DNA from: Cyanidioschyzon merolae
Lineage: Eukaryota
Assembly: GCA_000091205.1 (NCBI GenBank)
Contig: AP006485.2
Length of the DNA stretch: 64,000 nt
Reading direction: 5' to 3' (one strand)
Every line of letters starts with the position of its first letter. Position 1 is the first letter of the stretch. A model generated the notes under the pieces. It had not been told where the DNA came from, did not search any database, and was given only the letters and a program-made list of their open reading frames with translations. A program made the position numbers and the translations under genes. Shown in pieces: positions 10,536 to 22,519 of this stretch.

Positions 10536-12200
10536 CTAGGGTGGGAACCCCATTCGGCAGGTCGAGTACGCAAATCGCAAAGTTTCTTTCTCGCAGAACG
10601 CCCAAGAACTGCTTGCCTCATCTAAAACAGAGGCAATCATGAGCGCGTGTCCATCGTAGCTGTTGACTTCGAGCAGATCTTCCTCGAGATGAAGCTGGCC
10701 TTGGATGCATCCCTGCCGCAGGAGCCACTCGAGATCACGCTCAAAGCTATCATCGCTACTTGCATCGAATGAATCCGATCCGAGAAGTTCAAACTTCATC
10801 CGGGAGAGTCGGATTCTGCGAAAGGGCCGGACATATGCAACGTAGCATCTATGGCGAATCAGGCGCGTCAAACCTTCGGTGTGCGAATGCATATACAAGT
10901 CCATGCTCAGATCGTGTTGCAAAGCCCGCAAACTTCGTAACAGATCAGGGAATTTTCTATTGAAAAAGCTATTCAGCAATTCTTTGGAAATCGGGTTTTG
11001 ATCAAGTATGGGCAAGAACGATCTGTTCTGCAGGATCCACTCCAGAATTTCCTCCCGATTCAAGGTGGCGATTGCACACAGGACCGCGTGCAACGCGATG
11101 TCGTCACTCGATATCATATCCGTGAACCCACTATCACGAAAGGCTGTGGTTACGGCAAGAAAGTGCTTCACTGCTCGACGGTATTGACCATTATGAAGTG
11201 CGACCAAAGCAAGACCAGCTTGCAACGCTGTGGCTTCAGCGATGTCTTTCTCTTCCAGCGATGTTTCGGCTATATGTGCCAGCTGCTCTATACGTGAAGT
11301 ATCCCCTCTGAGATCGATCTGCAATGGAATACGCGCTAGAGCCGTGCTTTCGTGACCATGACATGCATCGAGATCGAATTGTGGATATTGTGCAGCGAAA
11401 TCGTGCCGCGGACCTCGATTTTCCTGGGCATGAACCCTGGAGGACAATTTCTCCAGATGAATACGCAATATATCTAGGATCCAACAGAGAAGTTCATGTT
11501 TCTGCATACCGCGAGCTTCCATCATCTGTAAATATCTCAGGGACTCATCCAGGTATCCATGTTCATAGTAGAAGTGGGCCAGTTCGTTGTATGAAGAGCG
11601 AACGGCCTGATCGATTCCCTTTTGCTGGCTGATCTCCAGCCCTCGCAGTAGCGAATTCCGATACTTGGCGAAGGCATCTTTGCATTCACATGTGAACGCT
11701 ACGTCGATGGGTTCGTCTAGAATTCTTTTGAATTCTGCGTAGAGCCCCAGATCAACGGGCTCCTGACGGACCATATCCAACAACGATGATTCGCCCCGCA
11801 CAGCGCATGAACGACCACTACGACCCGGCGAGAGTAGCGGAGGGGAATCACCCCATCTACGAACCTCAAGTGCCGAGCCACTCGCGCATGGCTTTGTTGC
11901 ACAAGGTGCCATCAAGGCAAGACCAGCTGCTTCGGAAAAGTTGTTCGTAAGAATCTGCAGGCCTAGACGCGCAGCCTCCTTTCGCAGTTCCTCTCTGGGT
12001 GCGTTTGTGGCAATGTGGAGGAGCCGTGTCAAAGCTCCACGTTTCAAGCACCGCCCGTCGCTACCCTGCCACCATATATATCTCAAAGCATATGCTTCAA
12101 GGTCGAAGGCTATCCGCGATAGCGGGAAGCTCTCCGTGTCCTTTTCAGGCTCTGAGATGTCTGGTTGCTGCGACTGCCGCTCAGCTTTCTCCATATCCAC
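10536..12200 (-). CDS. CSN1: COP9 signalosome complex subunit 1 (CSN1/GPS1-like, PCI domain)
   Basis: N-terminal 'DLEAYALRYIWWQGSDGRCLKRGALTRLLHIA' resembles the CSN1 '[23 protein letters not shown]' start. The C-terminal half 'NREEILEWILQNRSFLPILDQNPISKELLNSFFNRKF...LYMHSHTEGLTRLIRHRCYVAYVRPFRRIRLSRMKFELLG' is colinear with the CSN1 PCI region. Confidence 0.7.
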   Translation of the reverse strand: MDMEKAERQSQQPDISEPEKDTESFPLSRIAFDLEAYALRYIWWQGSDGRCLKRGALTRLLHIATNAPREELRKEAARLGLQILTNNFSEAAGLALMAPCATKPCASGSALEVRRWGDSPPLLSPGRSGRSCAVRGESSLLDMVRQEPVDLGLYAEFKRILDEPIDVAFTCECKDAFAKYRNSLLRGLEISQQKGIDQAVRSSYNELAHFYYEHGYLDESLRYLQMMEARGMQKHELLCWILDILRIHLEKLSSRVHAQENRGPRHDFAAQYPQFDLDACHGHESTALARIPLQIDLRGDTSRIEQLAHIAETSLEEKDIAEATALQAGLALVALHNGQYRRAVKHFLAVTTAFRDSGFTDMISSDDIALHAVLCAIATLNREEILEWILQNRSFLPILDQNPISKELLNSFFNRKFPDLLRSLRALQHDLSMDLYMHSHTEGLTRLIRHRCYVAYVRPFRRIRLSRMKFELLGSDSFDASSDDSFERDLEWLLRQGCIQGQLHLEEDLLEVNSYDGHALMIASVLDEASSSWAFCEKETLRFAYSTCRMGFPP

Positions 12201-13559
12201 AGCAAGAAGCTTGCGTTTCTCAGGATCTCATAGAAACGCCAGTCGTCTCGTATAAAATTGAGGTTCAACGACTTGCTAGCAAAATGGTAACCTGGGGTCC
12301 ACTCGCACGCTCCAACAACGAGTGATGCTCCGTTCACGGAGTCGCGCGACTTTCTCAAGCTTGACAAACGCAGCGATCGAAAACCTGGATTGGCTTTCCG
12401 CCAAAGGCTGTTTGCGGGTTGTTTCCAGTCTCGCTCCGTTCAAATACACTCCCATACAATGCACAGACAGGTACCTTACGTGCTCTCCGGCGCCGAGCGA
12501 GCACGAAGCGTAGTCCACTGTGCACGGTAAGATGTGCTCCGGACGATGGTCAGTTTATAACCTCGGATTCGGATCATCAGATACACACCATTTGGTGTCG
12601 ATCGTGCACCGTTACACTTATACGATTTGCCGTTCTGCCGTCAATCGACTACGACTGGTTCACACAGCAACGCATATCGCAGATGAGTGCCGCTATGGCA
12701 GTCTATATACTAGCCTCCAGCATCCGGTACACTATCGTGGAGAGTGAGTGCTCATTGAGAAACTCAGGTTCATAGGGAGAACGGCTGCTATAGAGATTGC
12801 GTAAACTTCTCCAAATCACCCGAGACATGCAGCTCTACATCAAGTGGCCCCATTAAATCGCATTCGCGTGACAGAGCTTGCAACGGAAAGACTGTCGAGC
12901 AGGCATATCGTTCGTGCGGGCTTCGGTGTGACGCAATGTGATGAGGCACTCGTTTATGAAAGGAGTGCAGGTTGTGCAAGCCCGAGCTACACATTCTTCA
13001 ACATGCGCCACGCATGTTGTGGGATCATCGAAGGTTCTTCGCTTTGGAAAGCTTTCGAACAAAGTAACTCTAGAGAGTAGAGAACGACGAGTGTTGATCC
13101 TCGCAAACGCCTCCGCAACACGATGGAACTGTTTTCATGAGTCAGCGTTCGCATGCTCTCAACATTGCAGGCATCTTCATGACAAGCTGTTACCATTGGA
13201 GGCGTCTTCGCCAATGTATATGATGCGGACATCAGATCCCATCTTAACACGACACTTGTATTGGTACTGCATGACAGTTCTGCTTTCGTGCAAAGACCGG
13301 AGCGGCACATCCGGCATTGCAGCAGGCATTAAGATTACGCTCTGCAACCAGGCGCGCTTTTAATCTATCCAGCGTCTAGCTCTCCGAGTGAAACTGCCTA
13401 GCGATTTCAGGTGCCCTGGTGCAATTTTGAAAAGGGCCTCATCGTATCGGAATAAAATGGATTTGGCCCTCTGACTCTCGCGTAGATACGGGAAGCAATA
13501 CCACCTCTTCCGGTCTCTTCCAGCTTCTCTTCATCATCCTCGTTCCTGCCCCCAAATCC

Positions 13560-14290
13560 GGCTTTCTATGAGCTGGGCTCTTGCGTCCCTCCGGCACCCT
13601 GGCAGCAGTCGAAGGATGCTCGTGGCTGCTTTAGCGTCGACCTTTAAACGGTTCGAATCGTGCTCGATGCATCCCATACACGGATGGCAGTCGGAAACGG
13701 CAACGCGCTCGCCGCTGCCTCTTCTCCGTCAACATCCCCGATGCGCTCTTCGCACCAGTGGCACATGGCTCAGGTCAGGTGTCCCTGTACGCCACCCGCT
13801 CCGAGCACATCATCCGCGGAGCGGCTGTGGCGCCTCCACGCTCACGCCAGTGTATCGTGCATGCCGTCGGCGGGCACGGAAGCCTCACCTCGATGCCGTC
13901 CGCGAGTGCTGCCCCCGCCGCGGTCCCCGACAATCACGAGCTTCTCCTGGGCCATCAGCTCGGCGAGTACGCTGTACACTGGGCGTGCAGGCACACGCTC
14001 TTCGATTCCTTCCGGGGGATCCGCGCAAGGCGGTGCTGCGCCTCACGAAACAAGCACCCGTGATGTGGCATCCGGGGCGGACGCCATGTCGGACTGTTTC
14101 GGTCTGTGTGCGCTCCCTTCGTGCCGAGCGGTAACGCATGCTCGGCTCGGAGCGAACGCTGCGATGACTAGAGTCGCAGCTGAGGGCGCATGCCGATGCA
14201 GACAGACGAGAGGGGAGCGCTGGAGCACGCGCACCCCGTGGGGCGCATCATTCTGGTGTGGAACGGTGCATCGCTGACGGCAGCGAAGAG
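13560..14290. other. GC-rich island (visibly much richer in G+C than its flanks) with long overlapping ORFs in several frames and no recognisable product
   Basis: Two plus-strand ORFs (13568-14134, 13660-14277) and two minus-strand ORFs overlap in different frames. Translations are Arg/Pro/Ser/Ala-rich and match no family, which fits compositional ORF inflation rather than proven coding. Confidence 0.4.
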
Positions 14291-15008
14291 CGGATGAGGG
14301 TTTGTCTCTAGAACGGAGTGGGTTATTCTTTGGCGTGACAAGATCAGTGGAATTTCGGCATAAGCTTGAGAGGATGCCGCCGAGCGATGACGTCGGGTAA
14401 TTATCGTTGAAGAGGCGATCGGGGATCCTTGAGCTGTGCATGAATGTGTAAGCTGTTGTTGGTGCTCGTTGCACGGCGGGGCTGTCCACGTAAAATACTC
14501 GGAAATCCTGGTAGAAAGGATGTGAGTGAACAGTTCAATGTTCAGTTTGGATCTGATGAGGGGCTGGGGTCTCCCATCTGGCGTCCGGCAATATTTGCGC
14601 TTCTGGGAGCTTCAGGTTCCATGCAGTGCTCTCGCACCATCCATAAATCGGTGCATATGCGCTTGGCACGGCTCTGCAGCGTGCCTGCAGGCGCAAGCGA
14701 CCGCGATACTGCATGACTCTAGACGCCCTCAGCTGGTACGAGAAAACATATTGGAAATTTTTAACTGTGGAAGCATGAAATTCCTCCCGGAGAGCATACA
14801 CGAGGATTGGATATCACAGCGTGAATTTTCGCCCTGATACCGGCTATTGCAGCAAGATGTATTCGATCATCAACACAATGCATCAGTGACGATAATGCGC
14901 CTTCACTTAGACGATGCACCCAATGTTTCTCACCAGCTCCGCTAGACGATAAGAAGACGCTTCGAATGCAACGATCCAAGCCAGCGTGCTATAGCTCGAA
15001 TAATCGAC

Positions 15009-17036
15009 TTACTCCCCAGTGTCTAACGCTTGCTTTGTTGGATGATTCGGGTCTTGGATACCACCACTGTGCGTGTCCGTGAAATTCTTCTGTGTATCAT
15101 TGCTTAAATATACACGTTCGCTTGTTTGTATGCCTAAGCCATCCTTGTCTTCGTCCATGTATTGGGATGCTATCGACGAGGACGTTCGAAGCTCTGTGTC
15201 CTGGTCACTTGCGATAGTGTTGAGCTGTACTTCGGACGTGAAGCTTGGATGCTGCCCCAGCAACGATTCATTGCTTGGCGTCATTCTGACCATTTCGTCG
15301 CCCTCCAGGGATTCTGGCGAAATCTGATGCTTCACAGAGGTAGCTGATTTGCCCATTCTATAGCTCGGACGGGTCATCATCACCGTATTCTCGACTGGTA
15401 ATGGTACCGCTGGCGTCTCAATCGCTTGGGTCGCATCGGATGAGTGCTGCGTCTCCAGCTCCGATCCAGGATCTTTTCGTTCTAACACAGACAGAGTTGT
15501 CGTTTTTGCAGAGGCTCTCGGACCGACGCGGAGAGTCGCCGTAGATTCCATGGACGTCGCTGGATTGCGTCCGTTAGAGTCGTCCTTTTGCGTAGTATAT
15601 GATTGCAAAAGAGTAAATTCTTTCTTCACGTGCGCCGGATCATGTGGAGGCATTGCCTCATGTGTGACGGCAACCCGAGTGCTGTTCTGAGCGTATTCTG
15701 TAGTGTTCACAACCACGGAACTGCAAGCTCGCGAAGCCTCATACGCTTCCCGGTCGACACTAGGTGTTGTTTCCGGGCTAGCAATCCCCTCAGGTGGTGC
15801 ATCAGAACTGCCGGCCTCGACTGATTTCTCTTGAGCAGCTTCCGGGCTCTCGTTGGAGGTTCCTAGTTCAACATCCTGGCTGCCAGAGTGCAATGACTGT
15901 TCTGTCGAGTCCTGGATACAATCAAGTGGCCATGTGTGGTTCTCTTCCGGACCGCTGTTTTCAAATGGATGTTTCAGCTGCTGAATTTGCATCTGTCGAT
16001 GTGGATGACGAGTTTGAGGATCCCAATGCGTGTCCGGGGTACTCCGATGAAATCCTAAGTCCACGTGATCGTCAGCAACGAAACGAGTATCCGCATCGAT
16101 CGGTGGAATTTGCTTCTGCATTAGTTTCTGGATTAAGCGCCATAGTCTTCCGGCAGCACCAATCAGAAAGTTCGTAACCTTGAGCATGGTCCACAGCGCG
16201 AATCTCATAGCAACGGAGAGCAAGCCCAAGGTTTTCGCGGTTCCAAGGCGACGAAGAACAATAAAGCACACGCTGGCTAGGAGAGCAAGAAACGCCAGTG
16301 CAACATACCGCCGCCTTCGGCGCTCTGCACGGCGAAGTTGCTCGATGCGTCGGTTCCCGAGTGCCATTTGGCCCTGGTACTCATCATACTTCTGATCCAT
16401 TCGTCGAATATTTGCCGATGACTCGGTAATGCTATCGGAGATTGCTTTCGATCGCTCCAATTCCTGATTTGCTAATAAAGTTGTACGGTGGATGCGGCGA
16501 GTAATCTGGCTCGCCACCGCAGAGAGTTCTGTCGTGCCAAGAGCCGTTTGGTCGGATGCAGCGGAGCGAGTGGTTGCCGCTTCCCCATAGGCAGGCTTCG
16601 ATGGTCGCACGTCATGGGTTGTTATCGATTGGGGTTCGATTAGGAGTTCCCGTTCTAGAGCTAGACGCTCCTCTCCTGAGACGGGAGCGGCACTAGGTTG
16701 CGCTCCGGCAGTGGTGGCCAAACGCCGTCGACGCAGTTGCGTTGATACCGCAGAGAGGGCTCGTTGCATCTGGAATAGAAGATTCCGTTGAGCATCAAGC
16801 CCGGGCAAGCCGAGAGCCTCACCTTCCTCGACTTTTTGCTGCCATGTTGCGAGAAGTGTACGTGCTTTACGCTCCACCGCTGCCGTTTCCAGTGATGCAA
16901 CAGGCGCCCTTCGAAGCTGTGCTAGAAGCCCTGCAATCTCGGTTCGCTGCTGATCACAAAGCTGGATCAGCTGTGTTTCATGCGCAGCGTCACCCATAGA
17001 CATCGGTCTGAGGTGCCTTCGTACGGCCTTTAACAC
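15009..17036 (-). CDS. Coiled-coil membrane protein with SNARE-like motif plus single TM (possibly Sec20/BNIP1-like Qb-SNARE) and a long low-complexity C-terminal tail
   Basis: 675-aa ORF. Heptad-like 'ELERSKAISDSITESSANIRRMDQKYDEYQGQMALGNRRIEQLRRAERRRRR' is followed immediately by the hydrophobic 'YVALAFLALLASVCFIVLRRL', then about 400 aa of Ser/Thr/Pro/Glu-rich sequence. Family assignment is tentative. Confidence 0.3.
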   Translation of the reverse strand: MLKAVRRHLRPMSMGDAAHETQLIQLCDQQRTEIAGLLAQLRRAPVASLETAAVERKARTLLATWQQKVEEGEALGLPGLDAQRNLLFQMQRALSAVSTQLRRRRLATTAGAQPSAAPVSGEERLALERELLIEPQSITTHDVRPSKPAYGEAATTRSAASDQTALGTTELSAVASQITRRIHRTTLLANQELERSKAISDSITESSANIRRMDQKYDEYQGQMALGNRRIEQLRRAERRRRRYVALAFLALLASVCFIVLRRLGTAKTLGLLSVAMRFALWTMLKVTNFLIGAAGRLWRLIQKLMQKQIPPIDADTRFVADDHVDLGFHRSTPDTHWDPQTRHPHRQMQIQQLKHPFENSGPEENHTWPLDCIQDSTEQSLHSGSQDVELGTSNESPEAAQEKSVEAGSSDAPPEGIASPETTPSVDREAYEASRACSSVVVNTTEYAQNSTRVAVTHEAMPPHDPAHVKKEFTLLQSYTTQKDDSNGRNPATSMESTATLRVGPRASAKTTTLSVLERKDPGSELETQHSSDATQAIETPAVPLPVENTVMMTRPSYRMGKSATSVKHQISPESLEGDEMVRMTPSNESLLGQHPSFTSEVQLNTIASDQDTELRTSSSIASQYMDEDKDGLGIQTSERVYLSNDTQKNFTDTHSGGIQDPNHPTKQALDTGE

Positions 17037-17308
17037 AGGATACGTCCGATTTCTGGACTAGTCCCCGCTTGAACTCCCCTCCGGTCCAGGTTGCCAGTCT
17101 ACAATGGTTCAGGTCTTCCAAACAACTCAAGAAAGTGTTCTGTTTGGCAATTGAAACTCCGGCGATCCTGAAACGGGCACCAATAAAGAAACCAGAAGCC
17201 TTCGCTAATGACACAAGCGGTCTCTGGTCGCCATCAAAGCAGTTGCTAAGGAACAGGCGGCTGTTTCTTCTGCGGTTGTAGTGGCGAAACGTTCTGATCC
17301 CTGTATCT
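17037..17308. promoter_or_regulatory. Divergent intergenic region, presumed bidirectional promoter, between the SNARE-like gene (-) and FHIT (+)
   Basis: 272-bp gap between divergent starts. No motif called. Confidence 0.3.
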
Positions 17309-17791
17309 ATGCTGTACCCTTTTGGCCCGTATTACATTTCAAGAGCTGTGGAAGTGTTTTATTCAACGAAGCTCACACTTGCAGTCGTGAACCTGCGTCC
17401 AGTGGCTCACCACCATGTTCTCGTCTTTCCAAGACGTCCTGTGGCGAGGTTTGCGGACCTTGTAGAAGCCGAAGTTGCAGACCTGTGGCTCAGTGCTCAA
17501 CGAATAGGTTCCAGAATTGAGGCTCATGGGCGTAAGAGGGGCGTCAGCGGCTTGCAGTTTGTGATACAGGATGGCGTTGGTTCCGGCCAGACGGTACCCC
17601 ACGTTCACGTTCACATCGTGCCGCGTACTCCAGGGGACTTTACCCCGAACGACGCCATTTACGGCGCTCTCGAGAAGCGGGGTTTTCATGCTGACGAAAC
17701 CGAACGCCCGGATCGAAGTCGGGACGAGATGCGAGAGGAACGGGACGAACTTGCAGCACTTTTCCCTGAGGCAGAGTACCAAGTGCCGTAG
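17309..17791 (+). CDS. FHIT: Bis(5'-adenosyl)-triphosphatase FHIT (HIT-family hydrolase)
   Basis: ATG verified at 17309. 'LYPFGPYYISRAVEVFYSTKLTLAVVNLRPVAHHHVLVFP' is colinear with the FHIT N-terminus '[39 protein letters not shown]'. The histidine triad is 'VPHVHVHIVPR'. Confidence 0.85.
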   Translation: MLYPFGPYYISRAVEVFYSTKLTLAVVNLRPVAHHHVLVFPRRPVARFADLVEAEVADLWLSAQRIGSRIEAHGRKRGVSGLQFVIQDGVGSGQTVPHVHVHIVPRTPGDFTPNDAIYGALEKRGFHADETERPDRSRDEMREERDELAALFPEAEYQVP

Positions 17792-19017
17792 ATCCGGTGG
17801 GTTTGGAAACCTGCCATGCCTAGCTATGCTGGTGGAATGATACAGAATAAGGTCACAGAATGGTACGGATACACTCAGTTTACACGGGCTTATTGTCACG
17901 AGCTCTAGCACGTTGCGAATGTATATTTTGGAATATCGTCGAAAAGCGTGCGAATATCAGCTTTCTAGGAGAACTGCGCTTTTATGTGAGTGCAGCGCTC
18001 CGAGAAACCGCGTCATCAACCGTGCCGAGCACAGGAGCCTGCGGCGGTATGTTGGATGGCGAGTAGCGCGCCCTAGGAACTAGGGGCAACTTCCAGCTGC
18101 CAGGTATAGGTGGGAATGACTTCTCCAGCAGGGCCCAGGCGTACGAGTGCAGGTGACGCGAGGTCTCGACAATTCACCGTCCCAAAGATCTGTAGTCTAT
18201 TGCGAAAACTCGCTTGTCCTAGATTTGCTCCGCATACTCCTAGACATATAGACAGTTGCCTAGACTCTTGGGATCAGAGCGGAGACAAGTGTTCAGAGAA
18301 TGTGTACCCTTCGGAACGCCTCTACGTAGGACGTTCGCGTCGCCATTGCGTCCTCCGCACGGGACCGCTGTACATTATCCACGGTGCAGTTTGCATGAAT
18401 CAAACGAGAATCCTCATGGATGCGCAAGTGCCAAGAGCCGGCATCCAGGGAGCCACCATCGCTTCGCCTTAGACGCTCACAGGTCCGTGAACCACAAACC
18501 GGAATTTCCCTCGGGAAGCAAGATTCCTTCAAGCGATCCTTTGGGTACCGAGTCTGCCGTGTGCGCGTCCACTGCGTAAGCGAAAGCACTCCGATGCGAA
18601 CGCCGCATTGGTACAACACAACTCTGCTATAGCTGTGCAGGCGTCGGCTCGAGGATCCTCATGAACACGTACCCATTGCAAGGCCGCCACAGCATGGATT
18701 TTTTGAAGAGTAGGCGCTGTGCGAATGCCGTTTTTGCGCAAATTGCAGACTGGACCCGACGCGTCCGCCTTCGCTTACGATAGCCATCATCCTTACCTCC
18801 TTGAAGATCGTTATCGTGTCGATAATGGAGCAGTGTTTTCTAAGACAGACTCTATCTGAATCGGACGTTTTATATGATCGGGGCATCGGACGTTCGAACG
18901 TTCAAACGTGAAGCGAACCATCTTTAACTAATCTGGACAATGCTCTGGCTCGGAGTCTGACCACCAGAGCTAGGCGACAGCGGATGCGATCAGATAGCAT
19001 CAAATGTAACCGATGCT

Positions 19018-20016
19018 TCAGGGCTGCAGAGCATCGCATTGCTCGATGCCGATCCCAGCGCTCTCTTCGTTTCGTGTTTGCGTTTCGAGTTGCTTGCGTT
19101 TCTCACAACCATCGTAGCACAGGTAGAAAAAGTACTCCTGTGGGTTCGACCTTAGTGTCATTCCGATTTTGGGGTTCGCGGGGTCTGATGACACAGGATC
19201 ATTCACAAAAGCGATACTAAGATGTTTGACGCTGGATCGACGGCCTGAGGCGTCTCGCATCAGGCGTCGGATGGATTTTCGTCCCATACTGAAAACGTGG
19301 AATCTAAGAGCGATAGAGTCCGATTGCGCGGTGCTGTCCAAACAGTCGCTCGTGTCCTCGTTGATTATGAGCGATATCTCCGAGTTGTCCGGAGCGATGA
19401 CAGCCCGCGTCGAAGGCGCGACTCGGAATTGAGCTCGCTTTGAGCGTTCCCTCTGTTCAAGATGGGTCCTCGCTTTCTCTTGAGGGGAAAGTGCCGGGAC
19501 TTGGAGCGCAGCAGAGAGTGCGTTCTTCGCATCATGTCTCTTCGTGCCATAGTCGAGACCTTCCATCCAATCTAAAAAGGCGCCTTCACGGACAGCTCGA
19601 ATACCCGGAGCTGGCAGCTGCGACCGATACTTGTCTCGGTGCCGCCCAAGGGCCCCAGTGAAGCCAAAATTATGAGTATCTCGAATCTCCTGGAAAATCT
19701 GTAAAGCAGACCAGCCTTGACGGTTGAGCTCGTCGCAACGCGCGAGCACAGACTCACTCTCTCTTTTCCAAGCTTGCAGTACTCGATCGATAAACTCTGC
19801 CTCGAGAGGGTCAGCTGCTGCAACACGAATCTTCAAAGTTCGCTCAAGAGTTTCTGTTCTCGGCTCGTCTTTGCCTTGAGGCGTATCGCACATACGAGCG
19901 TGACCCACTAACGGTTGGCCCGGCGCCTGTGCCACGAAGAACTGCTGCTTTTCCGGTGTGTTCAAGCTGCACGCTTCGCCGAAAACGAGTCGATGGTTGA
20001 AGAGTGAATACATCAC
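19018..20016 (-). CDS. Hypothetical protein (332 aa), no family recognised
   Basis: Long ORF flanked by confidently called genes in a gene-dense region. Sequence is not low-complexity. Confidence 0.4.
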   Translation of the reverse strand: MMYSLFNHRLVFGEACSLNTPEKQQFFVAQAPGQPLVGHARMCDTPQGKDEPRTETLERTLKIRVAAADPLEAEFIDRVLQAWKRESESVLARCDELNRQGWSALQIFQEIRDTHNFGFTGALGRHRDKYRSQLPAPGIRAVREGAFLDWMEGLDYGTKRHDAKNALSAALQVPALSPQEKARTHLEQRERSKRAQFRVAPSTRAVIAPDNSEISLIINEDTSDCLDSTAQSDSIALRFHVFSMGRKSIRRLMRDASGRRSSVKHLSIAFVNDPVSSDPANPKIGMTLRSNPQEYFFYLCYDGCEKRKQLETQTRNEESAGIGIEQCDALQP

Positions 20017-22519
20017 AAGAATCTTATCGTTGTTCAGACTGACATTCTTCCACCGTTAAGCTGGTTGATCAGAGGGCACCTTGAGATACCACCGGGGGCA
20101 GCGGGGATTCAAAGTTGGAGGGAAATCGAACGCTGCGTGTCGCAACCGCCAATGTCTTTTTATACACATATGTACATTATCGAATAAAAATTGCATTTTT
20201 TGATCTACACATTTGTCCATCAGCGTCGCATCGCGCCGCATGGAGCAAGCGCTTTTTTTGAGGGCTCCCTGCTTAGATACATCGACCGTTCTCTATCAAA
20301 AATATTGTCGCTTTTAATGGAAAACAGATGCGCCTGGTTGCGTTTTTCCGGATGCACGGAGACGGGCAGTAATCGTGGAAGATATTCCAGCTGATCTGCT
20401 AACGCTTCCGCAAGTGGGAACCTCAATCCAGTGCGGCTCTGAACAGATGCGGATAGAGATATTCAGCTCTTCATTAGAATGTTTTAGGTACATGAATTAC
20501 TGTCCGGTGTTCCTCTATGGAAATACGGCTGGATCCAGCGATCCTTCCGGTTCCAGGCCGACTACATTTGATAATCATTTCTAGCATTTGTTGAATGTCT
20601 ATATGCAAATTTTGACTCACGGCATGAGTGATGTGGCATGGAGCGGCGCGCTGAACAGTCCTGGCATCCAGCAACAAGTCAACGGGCTGGCCGCCTCCTT
20701 AGCAGCCAAAAAGGGGCTATGTCATAGTGAAAGTGCGTGGACCCCGTTGTGGCGTCCGCCACTGCAGGGGCGGCCGCACCACCAGCCCTGCGAGCGCACG
20801 TGTTCTGCTAATTTGTAAGCTTACAGAGCATCGAGCCTTTGGCGTTTATTCTGAATCTAACGGTTTTTGCGGAGCACATCGATACCGGCACTGCCTTTCC
20901 AGGGGCGCACCTGGAATGCCACCGTAGGTGCGAAGAAATGCGGAGGACCTTGTTTCTGGGCATGCATGCTCATGCTGCACATCCTTGAGCAACACCAGAA
21001 AGAGACGCGGATGCCAACAGGAACCGAGCCCATTTGTCTCGAGGTCTGTGACTCTGATAAAATGATCCAGGTTTCTAACGTAGTGCGTGACTAAACTCTC
21101 TGAATCACGCAAAGCTGCTCTCTCAAGTTGATACAAAGGAAGCAGTTTCTTCACGATTCAGTGGTGCTAAGAGATTTCGTGAAAGGCGGTTATGAAAATC
21201 TCTTCGGCAGGCAACCTCGATCTGTCATTCATCACCGGTACGTACAGGATATCCAAGGCCTTGCATTGGGAGCTATCTGAACCACCATGTAGCACTACAT
21301 GAAGTAGTTATGCCAGGCTTCGAGTTGAGAACGATACAATCCACCACGGCGCGCTAAACACGCTGAAGCGCACGAGGGCATTGCACAGATGCCCAGCCCA
21401 TGCTGAGCCTATGCGGCACCAGGAATGAGCTGTTGGGAATCCAGCAAGCATGCTTCCCAGAGTCTACGCCCGAACAAGACCGTGCTTGTCCATGATCCTT
21501 AGTCCCTGTTCCAGCCATTATGATAACAGTTTAGAAATGAAATTTTCGGAATGGAAGTGGACACCGACTGCAGAACGCTCTGGAGAGCGGCTTCCGTACG
21601 CGTCTGCACTGCATGCGCGACCAGCCCTGGACTACAGGCATTGCAACCAAGCGGCGCTTCCGTGTGAGCATGTGTGAGAACCTAGAAAGCGTTGCAGCCA
21701 TATGCTCAGCTACGAGACTCTTCTAGACAAGCTTTCCATGAGAGCTTATATGGATCGATCTGGGCGCCTGTCGAAAGCGGGATCGCTGGGCGCTGTTCAA
21801 GCACAGTGGATACAGGCCTGCGGACCAGTTGCTTGATCTGACCGTGCACTGAAATGAACCTGTGGCACGCACCAAACATTTGTCCACCGCCCCCTTCTTC
21901 TGATTCAGGCAAGTTATTTTAGATGTACGGGGAACTTAATCGGGTCTCCGGTGCGAGCTCAGAGAGCGCGACTAGCGCAACGGTGGGCTTTCGAGTGAAT
22001 CATGCCAGCGCGCCCTGTAGCACCCGGAGGGTAAACACACGTTGCCTGCGCAAGCGCACTGAGTGACACGAACACAGACCATCATCACTGCGCACTTGCA
22101 GGTTTTGCACGCTATATCTTTCAAAACATAAGTGTTTCATGGCTCTACCAGGTCGTCGAGAATGCCGTCTGGTGTTCTCCCTGAGCTTCTCCGAAAAATA
22201 CAGCAACCCGGAACTAAGGCGACGCAAAGAAACAATAGTGTCTGTATCGACTACGAGAGCGCCTCTTCGAACACGATCAGCGGTTACAAGTCGGTAGCGG
22301 CGCGTCGCTAAAGGTTTGCCTCCGTACAAGGCAACCAGAGTTCGTCTCCGAACAGCCTCTATCGCTGCCGTTGCCCATCTACGAAGAACTGGGAATTCTT
22401 TTCGCACAGCAGCACACTGGGCACTAAACCCTGGCAGTCTCGCAGCCCCATAGACGACTCTTTATCGAGCTCATATTCCGAATGACAACACATGCTGCAC
22501 AGCACAACAATGCGACCTA

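Noticed and set aside
13630-13660. tRNA T-loop-like 'GGTTCGAATCG' motif
   Set aside because: Flanking bases do not form a T-stem ('acggt' versus 'gtgct' are not complementary), and no acceptor or anticodon arms can be built. It is not a tRNA.
22000-22407. 135-aa minus-strand ORF upstream of YrdC
   Set aside because: It is Arg-rich, with a weak resemblance to small RNA-binding folds, but no motif could be pinned down. It is left uncalled rather than given a product.
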